In this document: piece after piece, positions 26,401 through 41,153 of the stretch
Layout of the letters: the number at the start of each line of letters is the position of its first letter
How positions within the stretch are numbered: position 1 is the first letter of the stretch
DNA from: Octopus sinensis
Taxonomy: Eukaryota
Direction: 5' to 3'
Assembly: GCF_006345805.1 (NCBI RefSeq)
Contig: NC_043003.1
Location: forward strand, 38,006,001-38,070,000
DNA: 64,000 bases
Made by a program: the position numbers and the translations under genes
The notes under the pieces: model-generated
What the model saw: the letters and a program-made list of their open reading frames with translations, nothing else
Told to the model about the DNA's origin: nothing
Database searches by the model: none

Positions 26401-29400
26401 TATCATGGCACCAGCACTAGAGAGGTTGTCATGTACCACAGTAGACTGAAAAGTCCTCACTACTTTACTTGGCATAGATCAAGATGGTGAATAGTAACTG
26501 TCAAGAGAAAAACCAGGATGGATGGCAGAGGGGACTAGTGTATGAGGGTAGAAACAGAATTATGGGAGTCAGAGGGCGGTACAAGAGAAGAGTGTGCTAG
26601 GTGGACACTAATAAAATTGAGTGTAAGAAGTACAAAGAGATCCAATGCAGTTATTAGTACACACTGATACATGCATACACACATTCATAAATGAATAAGT
26701 GTGCTGACATCTACACGTGTATAGTGCAATAGAGAGAATAATTTTCATCATCATCGCCGCTTTCCTTGCTGGCATAGGTTGGACGGTTTGACTGAGGACT
26801 GGCAAGACAGGCTGCTGCACCAGGCTCCAATCTGATCTGGCAAAATTTCAACAGCTGGATGCCCTTCCTAAAGCCAACCACTACGAGAGTGTAGTGGATG
26901 CTTTTTACGTGCCACCTACATAGGAGCCAGTCATGTGGTACTGGCATTGACTATGCTTGAATGGTGCTTTCTATGTGCCACCAGCATGGGTGCCAGCCAG
27001 GCGGTACTGGCATTGACTACACTTGATTGGTGCTTTTTATGTGCCAGTGATATGGGACCAGTCAGGTGGCACTGGAATTGACCATGTTTGTATGGTGTAT
27101 TTTACGTGTCGCTGGCATCGGAGCCAGTCTGGTGAGACTGGCATTGATCACGCTGAAATGGTGCTTTTTACATGCCACTGGCTTGGGAGCCAGTCAGGCG
27201 GTATTGGCATCAATTAGGTATGGGTGTGTGGTTAGGAAGCTTGCTTCCCAACCACATAATTTCGGGTTCAGTTCCACTGCATGGCATCTTCGGCAAGTAT
27301 CTTCTGCTATAGCCGCAAGCTGATCAAAGCCTTGTGATTGAATTTGGTAGACAGAAGGTTCTGTCATTTGTGTACATGTGTGTGTGAGTGCTTCTGCTTT
27401 CCTAACAGAGAGAAGGGGGAAAAAAAAAGAATGATATACATATATAACAATTTGTTCATTTAACCTTTGTTTTGTAGAGTACCAACAAGATAAGTATGCC
27501 ATCAAAAACGGTTCTGGAGTCTATAGCTTTATCCAGTAATGGTGACATTAGAGGAGCTGTCAATGCATTGCAGTTTTCTTGTTTAAAAGGTTTGTCAAAT
27601 TTGCATTTTGCATTTTCCTTGTAGCTATCTCAATATGTTACTGTGCAGCCCCAGGTCAGCTTTATGCAGGTAAACTCAGGGCTTGTGCTGATAATTGGTT
27701 GAATGATAAGCTGTGAGTCACAGATCTATTGTTCTAAATACACCATATCTTCACCTAGCTTTACATGTTTTTTCTATGCTGGCATGAGTTAAATGAATAC
27801 ATATTGATATTGTATTTTTTTATATAGCTTGGTACACTACCTGTCACTAACCCGTACCTTTTTTCAAGTAAGGAAGTTTTTGTTCTACTTCAAAAGCACA
27901 GAGTTACCTGACAATTTATTGACCAAGAAATGTTAATAAACTACACCAGCCATAATTTAGAGCAACAAAATGTAAACATTCACATCTACGTGCATACATG
28001 TGACGGCTTTGTGCAATTCTTGTGTACCAATTTCACCCACAAGGCATTGGTTTGCCAAAAGCTATAGTTGAAAGCTCTGGCCAATGAGTCTTGAAACCAT
28101 ATAGTTGTGAAGCAGACTTACTCACACAGTCATGCCTGCATACTTAATATTTATCCTTACTTGGACACGTAGAGTAATATACTTTACTCAGGAATGCAAG
28201 AAAGGGCCAGCACTGGACTTAGACTCATTCATCTTGCCTCCACAAATAAACATTGTCCTCGAGCCAAGAAAGGTGCCTCTAGATCGATGGTTCTTAGCTG
28301 GGGTCCAAATGGCCCTTGGGGTTCTATATAAGATTTTGTTAAAATATATTTGCAATAAATTGGTTATGCTTCTACAATAAAGAAAATATTTTAATTTTTT
28401 TTTTACACAATTCATAATAATATTTAATTATAAAAATATAATATTTTTTTAAACATTGAATAACTGGGAAGGTCAATCTAAGTAAAATAGGATTCGGAGT
28501 GGTCAGTAGGTATAAAAATGGTTGACAACCACTGCTCTAGATGGTTGTTTGATATGATATAGCAGCGAAACTTCCCTCAAATTACACCATATCATCTTGA
28601 AATAGGAAGGGCATATTGGACAGTGTAGTCTTAGACATACAAAACTATAGGATGGTTAAGGCTAGAATGCCGTGAATCATAAACCTGCAGGAAGGGTATC
28701 CAGCTGCAGAAAGTTCATCTCAACAAATTCCATCTGATCCATGTGAGTGTGGAAAATTTGATGATGATGTAGATATATTATATGTCTTGATGATGCTGCA
28801 AAAGTTCACAACCAAAGGAAGTAGAAATAACAAAGGAGTTATGAATCAACTTCTTAATGCTTACTTTTTATTTACCATCAGATCTTGATATGTTCCTCTG
28901 TGTTGTTGTTACCATTAAATTGTGAGATCATAAATGTTTCCTTTTGTTTTTCTTTTTTATCCTAGATACTTCTGATCTCATTGGTACTTTCTCCCGGAAA
29001 CACAAGCAGAGGTCAAAGTCCACATCACAACTTAAACAGAAACACACCACCACAAGTACAGATTCTTCACCTGGTGATGTCCAATCTATGCCTTGTATTG
29101 GTGGCAAAGATGGATCCTTATTTCTTTTCCGTGCTTTAGGAAAAATACTTTATTGTAAACGTGAGTAGAATTCTTTTTTTGCTTTTCTCTTTTTGCTGCT
29201 TTTAAATCCATTTCTCATTCTGGAATTGTTGGTATTGGTATTGTGGTGGGATGATATTATAGTGGATTTGGTATTGTGGGGTGGCGTGGTATTTTGCTGA
29301 GTCTGATATTGTGCTGAGCTTGGTATTGTGGTGGGACTGTGTTAATTTTGTAAGGTTTTGTTGCAATTATTTTATGGCTTGGTCAGAGGAGCAAGGCCAA

Positions 29401-32400
29401 TGCCTAATTACTGTTTTGCAAGACGTCTATGACTTTTGGGAGAAAGAAACTAGATACCTGAACCATACATTTATTGTATTTTTCTATTTTCAGGTGAAAC
29501 AGACTCTTCCCTAAGCAAACAGTCTTTGTTACCTGCTCATTTAGCTCATCATGAAAGGCTACCATTACTTGAAATACCCGAAGTTCGTTGATTTCTTTTT
29601 TATTTCTATTTTCTTTTCTATTTTTACTATTTTATTTTTACTGTTTGACTCTAGTTTATATCTGAGTTATTTTAAAACCCTTATTTGTAGTTGAACTCCA
29701 ACACTGCTTTATGTTGTAGTCTAACAGTCATTGAATTGAGAGTAGTTTCGTTGACCTATTACGTATACTAATGTGGAGGTACTTTTATGAATTTTACCAA
29801 TATATACATAGAGAGATTACATTAGAGAGATTTTTGGACACCATAAACATATACACACAACTGGAGATATTAAAGACCAAGAAAAAAACCTTTACATGAT
29901 TAATTGACCTGCTAAAAATAGAAGTCAAATCAAACTTCAACTTTTCAAAAAGGTGGGACGCATTGAATAATGCACCTACTAAAATGATAGGAGGGTCATG
30001 ACTAGAACACACCTGATTTTAAGTCTGCTCTGTTAAAGTAGACTTAAGGTTAAATAACAGCAGCTGAAAGTTGTAGTTGCTGTTAGTAGACTAACACTGG
30101 GGGTCTTATAAGTAGGTTTATTATTTACTCTAAGCTGGAGCCATTATTCTGTGACTAATTTGGAATCAAGGGTCAGTTGCAAGCTAATGTTTGAAGCATC
30201 ATCATTGTTTAACGTCCACTTTCCATGCTGGTATGGGTTGGACGGTTTGACAAGGAGTTAGCTAGCAGGGAGCCGTCCAGACTCCAGCTGTCTGTTGAGG
30301 CATGGTTTCTGTGGCTAGATGCCCTTCCTAGTGCTAACCACTTTAGTGTATGCAGGGTGCCTTTTATGTGCTACCGGCATGGGTGTGTTTACACAGTACT
30401 GGCCTGGCTGCATTTACACAACACTGGCATGAGTATTCTCATGCAGCACCGGCATGGGTACTTTTTAAGTGGCACCAGCACCTGAAAGCACAAGCCTGTA
30501 TGTGTGGAAGACAGCGATTTTACTTAGCTTGATGTGTCTTATCAAGTACAGCAAATCGCTACATCTCCTACCAACATACACTGACATTAATTGCGTGCAT
30601 GTGTGTGCGCGCGCACACACACATACACATATACCTATTTCTTTACTACCCACAAGGGGCTAAACACAGAGAGGACAAACGGATTAAGTCGATCATATCG
30701 ACCCCAGTGCGTAACTGGTACTTAATTCATCGACCCTGAAAGGATGAAAGGCAAAGTTGACCTCGGCGGAATTTGAACTCAGAACGTAGTGGCAGACGAA
30801 ATACCACTAAGCATTTCGCCTGGCGTGCTAATGTTTCTGCCAGCTCGCTGCCTTATATCTGTACAACCTTGTAACCTATTGGATATTTCTTTAAATAGGC
30901 TGCTGCTGGGGTGCAGGCATAGAGGAATGCCTGTAGCAGTTACCAGTGGAAGTAGTGAAGAATGATTAATGAAATGAAATGAAAGTGGGATAGATCATGA
31001 AGACAACAATAAAAAATGTCTTGTATTGTAAACTTTATGGATTATCATTTTTTTTTCTTTTCTGTTGTGTATTTATTTTACAGGAAGTAGTCGATAAATC
31101 TCACATGTCTGGAGAGCTGTTCACCACTTTCCTCGAACAGAACTACATTAATTTCTTCCACAGTATTGAAGATATTGAGTGTGCAAGTGAATACTTAAGT
31201 GATGCTGATATTTTCACACTTGATTGGTCTGTACGTATTTTTTATTTGCTTTGTCACTTTTACTCATTTTTAATGTTCAGTTTTTTTTTAAATTTTTGTC
31301 TTCCCCGTGATTGAAATGTATGTGTGAAATGGCAGGTTTCATAGGTTTGGAGTGACAGCTTATTAGTTGCAAATTCATATCCACTATAGATCTTACCCTG
31401 TGTTTCTGGTTATGATAGTATATTCTTTACACTTCAGTACACCAGGCTCTGTGGTTGAAAAGTTTGTCTTGTGACTATATAGTTTCAAGTTTGATTCCAT
31501 GCATGGCACATTGTGGAAGTATCTTCTATGGTTTCAGTTTGACCAATACTTCATGAGTGGAATATGTTAGACTAAAACTATGTGGAAGTCAATCCTATTG
31601 TCATTATGGGTTTATAGCCTTTTAACATATTGGTGTGGATTTGATGGGTTGTCACAGTCAGCATATATATGAGGGCGCAGTTGCTCTTCCTAATGCCAAT
31701 CACTTTACAGTGTACTGAGTGCAATTTTCCATAGTACCAACACCTGGGAGATGGCCATTTCCATGGCACCATAAAAGAGACTTCTTGACCTCACTATTTT
31801 GCTCACTCACAGGCCATATATCATCATCATATCCACTTTTCCATGCCTGCTTGAGTAGGATGGAGTTTATTGAGGTGGATTTTTTTGTGACCAGATGCCT
31901 TTCCTCTTGCCATCTCTTAGCTGCTTCCAAGCAAGGTAGTGTTTCCTTATGACCAGACATTTTCACAGAATGTTTGGAGTGAATGACACTGTATAGCAGT
32001 GACACTCATTTACATCTATCACACAATATCAAGACATCATCATCATCGTTTAACGTCCGCTTTCCATGCTAGCATGGGTTGGACGGTTCAACTGGGGTCT
32101 GGGAAGCCCGAAGGCTGCACCAGGCCAGTCAGATCTGGCAGTGTTTCTACAGCTGGATGCCCTTCCTAACGCCAACCACTCCGTGAGTGTAGTGGGTGCT
32201 TTTTACGAGAGTGTAGTGGGTGATTTTATGTGCCACTGACACAGGTGCCAGATGAGGCTGGCGAACGGCCACGCTCGGATGGTGTTTTTTACGTGCCACC
32301 AGCACGGAGGCCAGTCAATGTGGTACTGGCTACGGCCACGTTCGGATGGTTTTCGTATGTGCCACCGGCACTGGTACCACAAAACTACAAATTCCATTAA

Positions 32401-35400
32401 TGTTCATCGAGTTTGCTTTTGATTTTGTCCATTTTCACTTGCCTCAACAGGTCTTCACAAGTAGAGTTATGTGTCCCAAGAAGGAAGGTATGCATAGGTG
32501 CACTGACTACGTTCCAGGTAGGGGCCATGGGTTATGGCCTCACTTGTCCAGCTGGGTCTTCTCACGCACAGCATACTTCCAAAGGTCTCTGTCTCTGGTC
32601 ATTTCCTCGGTGAAACCTAAAGAGCGAAGGTCGTTCTTCACCACCTTGTCCCAGGTTTTCCTGGGTCTGCCTCTTCCACAGGTTCCCTCAACCGCCAGGG
32701 TGTGGCACTTTTTCACACAACTATCTTCATCCATTCTTACTATGTGTCCATACCAGCGTAGACGCCTCTCTTGCACACCACATCTGATGCTTCTTAGGTC
32801 CAACTTTTCTCTCAAGGCACTTACACTCTGTCTGGTATGAACACTGACATTACACATCCAATGGAGCATACTGGCTTCATTTCTTGCAAGCTTACGCATA
32901 TCCTCAGCAGTCGCGGCCCATGTTTCACTGCCATGTAGCATGGCTGTTCGCACACATGCGTCATACAGTCTGCCTTTTACTCTGAGCGAGAGGCCTTTTG
33001 TCACCAGCAGAGGTAAGAGCTCACTGAACTTTGCCCAGGCTATTCTTACTCTAGCAGTTACACTTTTGGCACACCCACCCCCGCTACTGACTTGGTCACC
33101 TAGGTAACGGAAACTATCAACTATTTCAAGTTTTTCTCCCTGGAATGTGACGGAAGATGATCTCTGCGCACTTTCAGTGTTTATTGCACCAGAGCATCTG
33201 CCACATACAAAAACTATTTTCCTAGTTAGCCTTCCTTTGACATTGCTGCACCTCTTATGTGTCCATAGCTTACACTTGGTGCATCTTATAGAGTTCCTAC
33301 CTACGCCTTTTCTACAGATCGAGCAGGGCCATCTACCTGATGGCGTTTGAAATTTGTCTACCTTCCTACTTATTAGGACTTTGGTTTTAGCTAGATTGAC
33401 TCTAAGGCCCTTCGATTCTAATCCTTGCTTCCACACCTGAAATTTCTCGAGTTCCGATAGTGATTCAGCAATTAGAGCAAGGTCATCAGCATAGAGGAGC
33501 TCCCAGGGGCATCCTGTCTTGAATTCCTCCGTTATTGCCTGGAGGACTATGATAAATAGGAGGGGGCTGAGGACTGAGCCTTGGTGGACCCCAACCTCCA
33601 CCCGGAATTCTTTGCTGTACTCGTTGCCAACCCTCACCTTACTAACAGCGTCCCTGTACATGGCACGCACAGCTCTCACTAACCATTCATCTATACCTAG
33701 TTTCCTCATTGACCACCAGATAAGGGAACGGGGGACCCTGTCAAAGGCTTTCTCCAAGTCAACGAAAGCCAGGTACAGAGTTTTATCTTTCGCTAGGTAT
33801 TTCTCCTGCAGCTGTCTCACCAGAAATATGGCATCAGTGGTGCTTTTCCCTGGCATGAAACCAAACTGCATCTCGTCTAGGTTGACTCTCTCTCTAATCA
33901 GTTGGGCTATGACGCTTTCCGTAACCTTCATTACCTGATCCAACAGCTTGATACCTCTGTAATTAATTGTATCTAGAGCGTCACCCATACCTTTGTGAGA
34001 CAAATATATGCACTCAAGCTCACAAACACATTTATACATACATGTGCCTCTGTGCCGGTGGCACGTAAAAACACCATCTGTTTGTGGCCGTTTGCCAGCT
34101 CTGTCTGGCACCTGTGCAGGTGGCACGAAAAAAGCACCCACTACACTCACGGAGTGGTTGGCGTTAGGAAGGGCATCCAGCCGTAGAAACACTGCCAAAT
34201 CTGACTGGGCCTGATGAAGCCTTCCGGCTTCACAGACCCCAGTTAAACCGTCCAACCCATGCTAGCATGGAAAACGGACGCTAAATGATGATGATGATGT
34301 GCATGTGCACACATGCATACATAGGCTTCTTTTCAATTTCCATACACCAAACTCACTCACAAGGATTAAATCATCTTGGGCTAACAGAATACACTTGCCC
34401 AAGATGGGCCTGAACCTAAAATCATGTGGCTGGTATTGCTTGTATATATTCACATATGTGTATGTGCTTGCTTGTATCTCTTGTTGATGTATATCTGAAG
34501 AATTTGGAAAACCAGTGGTAGTTTCCTTGTCACTTTTGTCATCAGAAATGCCGTGAACTTTTGATTGCTTCATTGGTACCAACACTACTATTGTTCACAA
34601 ATTACAATATAAATTTTGTAAGTGTGTTACCTGCTATTAAGTATAGGTAACATTCTAGATCAGAGGTTCCCAATTTTTTTTCACTGTGGACCACCTCAAA
34701 TTTTAAATTTATCATAAAAGACCTGCTACTCATAAATATTAGTGTCATATCCACTTTGCAATGAAAGTTCCTTTATCGTTCTTGTAAGGGACATTACAGA
34801 GAACAAATAACTGGAAGCACCAATAATAATAAATGCACATGATTCTCAAAAAAGCTTTATTTGATATAACTGAATAGAAAAGGTTTGCAATGGTATTCTC
34901 CAAAGTACTCCTTTGGCTTGACGAATAAATCAGGATGGATTTTTTTGTAGATGATACAACAATTTTGAGGGTTTCATTGAGTCGTTAGTTAATACTTTTG
35001 AGCAGATAATACACTGTGGTAAAAAGAGGATCTTCTACACTGGATACAAAACCATATTTGAAATAATCTTTGTGATATTGTCTACAGAATCCCTTTTCCG
35101 AGTCGGTGGATGGAGAATTAAGGGAACGTTGTTCCATATCACTGACAGCAAAATTTCTATAGATTACAATTAGACTTACACTTGCGTAAAAATGTACGTA
35201 CCTGGAGAGATAATACGATATGTTGGGTAAGCTGTAAGAATTGCAGTTTCGTTAGTAATCCTCAATTCAAAAGTCAGGTAGAAAACATGATTGTGTTGAC
35301 TGGCTGAGAACACACAATTTTTTGTGTGCTTTTAATGCACACAAATGTTGATCCGATTGTACACGTCTGTACCTGTCTGGTACGTGTCCGTGTATGATTG

Positions 35401-38400
35401 GATAGCTAATCATCCAATAGGCAATGAGTGCACTCGTATGTGCTCATGCATATATGATGAGGCATATTTCATTTGCGCGATGTGCATGTATAGAAAAATT
35501 TCAATTCTTCAGAAAATTTTTGGTGTGGACCACCTAGTGTTCCACATAGACCAGGTTGGGAACTCCTGTTCTAGATTGAGAAGATTTACCTCCTGTATAT
35601 GGTGAGAGAAATGTGTGACATGAGGCTGTTTGATAAGAGGAGGACTGAGGACTTGATGGGAATGCTGGGGTTGGAGAAATCAGTGGAATGGCTGGCAAGG
35701 GTGAATGGAGTGCAGTGGTATGAGCATGTATTGAGGAATGAAGAGCATGTTCTGAAGAGGGTACTAGAACTTGGGGTAAATGGATTGCGAAAGCAAGGGA
35801 GACTGAAGAAAATGTGGAGGAGGGGATTTGGAGGGTTGGGACGCCCAAAACCAGGCGAGATGGTGTGTGGGCAGTTGCTATAGCAATGAGGTAGATTCAG
35901 CCACCCCTGTTAACGGGGACAAAACCTGGATTTAAAATGATGGAAACGGAATGGATATGAATGTGACTCTATGCCAGCTTTTGATCAGCACTTGACCAGA
36001 TTAACCCTTTTGTTACTGTATTTATTTTAAATGCTCTGTGTTTCTTTCATTTACTTTAAATATAACAAAGGATTTAGTAAAATAACTTAGTTATCATTAA
36101 GCTAACGTTAGAAACATAAATTGTGACTTAGGTTTGGTGGAAGATTATAATTTAAAACTTATTTAAAACTGCCTGCATCAGTTGTTGACTGCCATGACAC
36201 TGCATCCTTTAAGGCCCTCATGCTTCCCGAAATCCGTCGAAACTACACCTGATTATATATACACTTTAGTTGAGTTGTAGTGCACCTGAGCACTGTACAC
36301 AATTATTATTATTATTTATTTATTATGGAAACAAGACATTTGTACTCAGAGCCAGAGCCGGTTTCAGCCGGGTTGGTAACAAAAGGGTTAAAGGAAAGTC
36401 TGACTGAAAAATTGCTCAGCCATATGTTACGTATATGTGGTCTTGTTAAAATGCTCTTCCACTATATTGAAAATAAGGGTTCTAGTAGAATATTTTGCCA
36501 GTGAGATCATACAATCTTTAATGTGGCTCTTCTAAAAATCATCATCACTATCATTGATTTTTATTTTTTGCCAATACTGGCCTGTGTTAGAAGAATTCAT
36601 AGGACACTTATTTCTCTGTTCACCTTGTTCCTATTGTTATTAAGTCACTTGTAAATTTAGTTGTTAGTTTGGTGATAAAGGAATCTCTTTTGATCAAGCA
36701 GACTTATTTTTTGAGGTTAACTACACACTATGGGATTGACACTTAATCTAAATTCAAATATAGTTAGTTGATAAACTAGACCAAAAACAAAACAAAACAA
36801 AGCTGAAAAGAAAAAACAAATAAAACATCTAGGTTTGACACTAACATCCTGTTTGTTGGTTAAGTGAGACCTAGATTTTCTGTTAGTGCATTTAGTTAAT
36901 TACTGGCTTCTTAGAAAACTGCACGGACTGTGTTAATGCTAATTATGCATACTTCAACAAATTCTGTTTGATGTACTTAATGTCATTACAAAATCAGCAG
37001 AACTGCAAGACTGCTAAGTCTTAAATCTTCAAGAAATAACTGATTTGCATAGGTGAGCTTTACCTAAGAATTCATGAATTTGGAAATATGAATAATGATG
37101 ATGTTGACAGATTGTCTAATTCTGTTTTAAGTAAGTTAATGTTAACAAATTTAATGCATTTAATGTTAAAAGCTAATCCAGAAATAAGTATTTAGGTGAA
37201 AAAATATTTAAAAAATCAAAATTTGTAAATGACTTATTATTTTCATAATTCTGTTTTAGTTATATAAAGTTTTCCTTTTTATAAATCTGTTTGCACTCAT
37301 GCACACATGAACATAAACTCATATTTCTCATTATGACTTTTAATATATTCTTTATGTAATTAACACAATGTGCTCAGTACTCTAAAGTTGAGCTAAAATA
37401 ATGTAAATCTAATGTGCATGCAGATATATACATGTGTGTGTGTGTGTGTGTGTGATCATCATTTATAATGGATAATATTCATTATCCATATTAGCATGGG
37501 TCAGACTATTTGACCTGGGGTGGTTAGCTGGAAGGCTGCACAAGACTCCAGTCTGATTGGCATGGTTTTCTATGGTTGGATATCCTCCCTAACACCAACC
37601 GCTCTGAGAGCGTAATGAGTGCTTTTGCATGCCACCAGCATGGGTGCCATTTGTGTGACACCAGTATCTACTACGACTGTGATTTTGCTCGGCTAGATGG
37701 GTCTTCTGAAGCATGACATAATGCCAAAGGCCTTGGTCATTGTCTCTGTGAGACCCAACACTTGAAAGGAACTCAGCCACTTTGATTCCCTGAGGTCCAA
37801 TATATATGTGTGTATATATATATATGTGCGTGTTTTTATATGTATATGTATATATGTATATGTGTATATGTATATGTGTATATGTATATGTGTGTGTATA
37901 TGTGTGTGTATATGTATATGTGTGTGTATATGTATATGTGTATATGTGTATGTATATGTGTATATGTGTATATGTATATGTGTATATGTATATGTGTATA
38001 TGTATATGTGTATATGTATATGTGTATATGTATATGTGTATATGTATATGTGTATATGTATATGTGTATATGTATATGTGTATATGTATATGTGTATATG
38101 TATATGTGTATATGTATATGTGTATATGTATATGTATATGTGTATGTATATGTATATGTATATATGTATATGTATATATGTATATGTATATATGTATATG
38201 TATATATGTATATGTATATATGTATATATGTATATGTATATATGTATATGTATATATGTATATATGTATATGTATATATGTATATGTATATATGTATATG
38301 TATATGTATATATATATGTATGTATATGTATATATATATGTATGTATATGTATATATATGTATGTATATGTATATATATGTATGTATATGTATATATATA

Positions 38401-38613
38401 TGTATGTATATGTATATATATATGTATGTATATATATATGTATGTATATATATATGTATGTATGTATATGTATGTATGTATGTATATGTATGTATATGTA
38501 TGTATGTATGTATATGTATATATATGTATATATATATATGTATGTATATGTATATATATGTATATATATATATGTATGTATATATATATATGTATGTATA
38601 TGTATATATATGT

Positions 38614-38649
<36 letters not shown>

Positions 38650-41103
38650 GTATATATATGTATGTATATGTATATATATGTATGTATATGTATATATATG
38701 TATGTATATATATATATGTATATATATATATGTATATATATATGGAAAGTGGACGTTAAATGATGATGTATGTATATATATATATGTATGTATATGTGTA
38801 TGTATATGTGTATATATGTATGTATATGTGTATGTATATGTGTATATATATATGTATATGTGTATGTATATGTGTATATATATATATGTGTATGTATATG
38901 TGTATATATATATATGTATGTATGTATATGTGTATATATATATGTATGTATGTATATGTGTATATATATATGTATATGTATATATATATATGTATGTATG
39001 TATATGTATATATATATATGTATGTATATATGTATGTATGTATATGTATATATATATATGTATGTATGTATGTATATGTATATATATATATGTATGTATA
39101 TATGTATGTATATATGTATGTATATGTATATATGTATGTATATATGTTTGTATATATGTATGTATATATGTATGTATATATGTTTGTATATATGTATGTA
39201 TATGTATGTATATGTATATATATGTGTGTATATATGTGTGTATATATGTATGTATATATGTATGTATATGTGTATATATGTGTATGTGTATATGTATATA
39301 TGTGTATATATATATGTATATATATATATATGTATATATGTGTATATATATGTGTATATGTATATATGTGTATATATATGTGTATATGTATATATGTGTA
39401 TATATATGTGTATATGTATATGTGTATATGTATATATGTGTATATGTATATGTGTATATGTATATGTGTATATGTATATGTGTATATATATGTGTATATA
39501 TATGTGTATATATATGTGTGTATATATGTGTGTATATATGTGTGTATATATGTATATATATATGTGTATATATGTATATATATATATGTGTATATATATG
39601 TGTATATATGTATATATATATATGTGTATATATGTATATATATATATGTGTATATATGTATGTATATATATGTGTATCCGTAATAATGAAGGGTGAAATT
39701 AATTAATTTGGAAAAATTATCAATTACACCAAGTAGTCTTCGGCATGTAAAAGCCTCATTCGAGGAATAACCCTTTTTAGTAGAAGAAATAGCTATAACC
39801 CTTTGACTGCTATTTCTAAATTCGGTATGTGGTAAGGCAATTCGTTGCTAAACCCTTATTGCTTAGTATATATGTGTATATATATGTGTATATATATATG
39901 TATATATGTATGTATATATATATATATATATCATCATCATTGTCGTTTGTCTGGTTTCAATGCTGGTATGGGTTGGACGATTTGACTGAGGGCTGGCAAG
40001 CCAGAAGGCTGCACCAGGCTCCAATCTGATTTGGTAAAGTTTCAAAAGCTGGATCCATTTCCTAATGCCAACCACTCTGAGAGTGTAGTGGATGCTTTTT
40101 ACTAGTCACCCGCACGAGGGCCACTCAGGTGGTACTGACATCAACCAAGCTTGAATAATGCTTATATATATAAGACAACATTATTATTTCTAAAAAAAAC
40201 TAATAAGTATGTGTTCTGAGTGCTTTTTACCATTTGTTATGTAGCTAAATTTAGATTGAATTAAATGAAATCCAATTTCCCTGTCCTACATTGCCTAATT
40301 GTTAGCCTCTCCTCACCACTTTAATCCACACACACCCTTGTGTTGATTTGCTTGACTAATCCTTTCAAGGTAGTGTCCCAGCATGTCCACTGTCAAGTAA
40401 CTGAAACTAAAAAATTAAAACAACTTTAAATCTTTTCTCACTGTAAAAAAAAAAAAAAAAAATGATAATTTTCAAATTTCTTGATTATTGTAGGTCAGAA
40501 GTACCTTACAGGACTATGCTGTATCTATAGCAACCCGAGGTATCATGCATAGCAATACATTAGATAAAACCAAAAGCTCAGATAACCGAATGAGTTTCAG
40601 ACCTTTACACAAACCCGAACTGTATTCGGTCCGAAGAAAGGTGAGTATTAAAAATCACTTAAGATTATTTTAGATTGGTACTGATTTATGAACCACCTAT
40701 GATAATGAATACTTAAGAATAAAGCCAATAAGGGAGTGGGGAAACCTTTTCCATACCAGGGCTGTTCTGTATGCAAGCCTGTTGGGTCTTTTCATGCTGA
40801 GAAAAATAATGGTTTAATTTTGCAAATGTATGGGTTATGCAATTTGTATTAAAATAATATTTTTTTTGTATTCTTTTATTCTTTCTTTTAACTTGTTTTA
40901 GTAATTTTGCTGCAGCCAAGCTGGAGCACTACCTTAAAATGGTATTAGTTGAACAAATCTACCCCAGGACTTATTCTTTGTAAGCTTAGTATTTATATTG
41001 GCCTCTTTTGCCGAACCACTAAGTTAAGGGTATGTAAATACACCAACATCGGATGTCAAGTAATGGTGGGGGAACAAACACAGACACAAAGACACACACA
41101 CAA

Positions 41104-41153
<50 letters not shown>

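Noticed and set aside
33995-34255. Novel N-terminal domain of the 571-aa RT ORF
   Set aside because: It is the antisense of an RTE 3' UTR; similar peptides recur at 10673 and 24340.
37806-39706. Long ORFs of 307-632 aa rich in Y/M/C/V/I
   Set aside because: Translations of TA/TG microsatellites, which lack stop codons; no protein signal.
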